This document shows, piece by piece, positions 62,052 through 64,000 of a stretch of DNA of 64,000 nt. Each line of letters starts with the position of its first letter. Position 1 is the first letter of the stretch. The notes below the pieces were generated by a model that was not told the origin of the DNA, did no database searches, and saw nothing but the letters and a program-made list of their open reading frames with translations. The stretch spans positions 485,119-549,118 of the forward strand of contig CASFKG010000001.1 of NCBI GenBank assembly GCA_949295325.1, read 5' to 3'. The stretch is from an uncultured bacterium (GTDB lineage: Bacteria; Bacillota_I; Bacilli_A; RFN20; CAG-826). Both the position numbers and the translations under genes were made by a program.

Positions 62052-62564
62052 ATGGGCGATCAAAGTCTAATCAAGAAAATCGTGGCCAATGGTCTACTGG
62101 CTGCGATTTATTTTGTTCTCTGCATTCTCTGCGGGCAGTTCGCATACGGTCCGATTCAATTCAGGATTTCCGAAATCCTGGTTCTGTTATGTTTTTTCCG
62201 CCCAGATTTCATTTGGGGCGTGACGATCGGAACCTTCCTTGCGAACATCATGTCAATCAGCATGTTCGGTCCTTGGGACATGATTTTCGGGACCCTCGCC
62301 ACTTTAATCGCCGCGGTGGGCTGCGCGTATCTGTCCCCGCGTCTGCTCGTCGCCTGCGCTTGGCCGGTTTTGGTGAACGCGGTGGTCGTTGGACTGGAAC
62401 TCTGGCTCATAACCGAAACGCCTTTCTGGCTCAATTTCCTGACCGTCGGGGGAGGTGAACTGGCCGTCATCGCCGCCGGCTATGTATTGCTACTGTTCCT
62501 GATAAGGCGTCCTTCCTTTACCGATTCGTTGTCCTTTACCCGCCATGTCGCGGTCAAGTGGTAG
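62052..62564 (+). CDS. queT: QueT queuosine-precursor transporter
   Basis: AAIYFVL, AYGPIQFRISE, DMIFG, PVLVN. Confidence 0.93.
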   Translation: MGDQSLIKKIVANGLLAAIYFVLCILCGQFAYGPIQFRISEILVLLCFFRPDFIWGVTIGTFLANIMSISMFGPWDMIFGTLATLIAAVGCAYLSPRLLVACAWPVLVNAVVVGLELWLITETPFWLNFLTVGGGELAVIAAGYVLLLFLIRRPSFTDSLSFTRHVAVKW

Positions 62565-62584
62565 TTGGCCCTAAACAGGGCTAG

Positions 62585-63714
<1,130 letters not shown>

Positions 63715-63715
<1 letters not shown>

Positions 63716-64000
63716 TGGACATCAATCTATTCGACTTCTATCTGCCGGAAAGCCAGATAGCCCAGTCTCCGAGTTCGGTAAGGGACGCCTGCCGTCTTCT
63801 GGCGGTGGATAGGGAACGCAAAACCTACGAAGACAAAATCTTCTCCGACATCATCGACTACCTAGATCCAAGCGATGTCTTGGTCAGAAATAACACGAAG
63901 GTGATCCCAGCCCGTTTGATCGGCGTGAAGGAGGATACCGGCGGGGCAGTGGAACTGCTTATTTTAAAGCCCATCGGGGAAGACGAATACGAATGCCTTG
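63715..64000 (+). CDS. queA: SAM:tRNA ribosyltransferase-isomerase (3' end outside window)
   Basis: TGATG-coupled; MDINLFDFYLPESQIAQSP, RLL, LVRNNTKVIPARLIG. Confidence 0.95.

Overview
Chromosomal segment of a bacterium using genetic code 11. Gene content and style suggest a reduced-genome gut Bacilli lineage (RFN20/RF39-like; inference only). 1-13.6 kb is a LacI-regulated beta-1,3-glucan utilisation locus: three GH16 lipoproteins, an ABC importer, a GH161-type glucan phosphorylase and an uncharacterised X2/GLUG-like lipoprotein. The rest is enolase, a mixed-orientation surface-glycan cluster with a pseudogene, and housekeeping genes (ung, TPP riboswitch-thiT, tsaEB-rimI-tsaD, asnS, pcrA-ligA, aminopeptidase, GH3, umuC/yolD-like pair, tRNA-Ala(CGC), nrdG/trxB/nrdD, mscL, nadE, glnA, prs, preQ1 riboswitch-queT-tgt-queA). 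I saw no transposase, integrase, prophage or CRISPR array. Most notable observations: (1) a glutamine-dependent NAD synthetase fused to an N-terminal Phd/YefM antitoxin-type DNA-binding domain, with no toxin nearby and inverted repeats over its own promoter; (2) about 20 transcription-unit-leading genes with a -10 box 6-8 nt before the start codon and no Shine-Dalgarno, i.e. apparently pervasive leaderless mRNAs; (3) a class III RNR fused to a CxxC redoxin and coupled to trxB; (4) two apparent pseudoenzymes. All family calls come from motif recognition by eye, not database searches.
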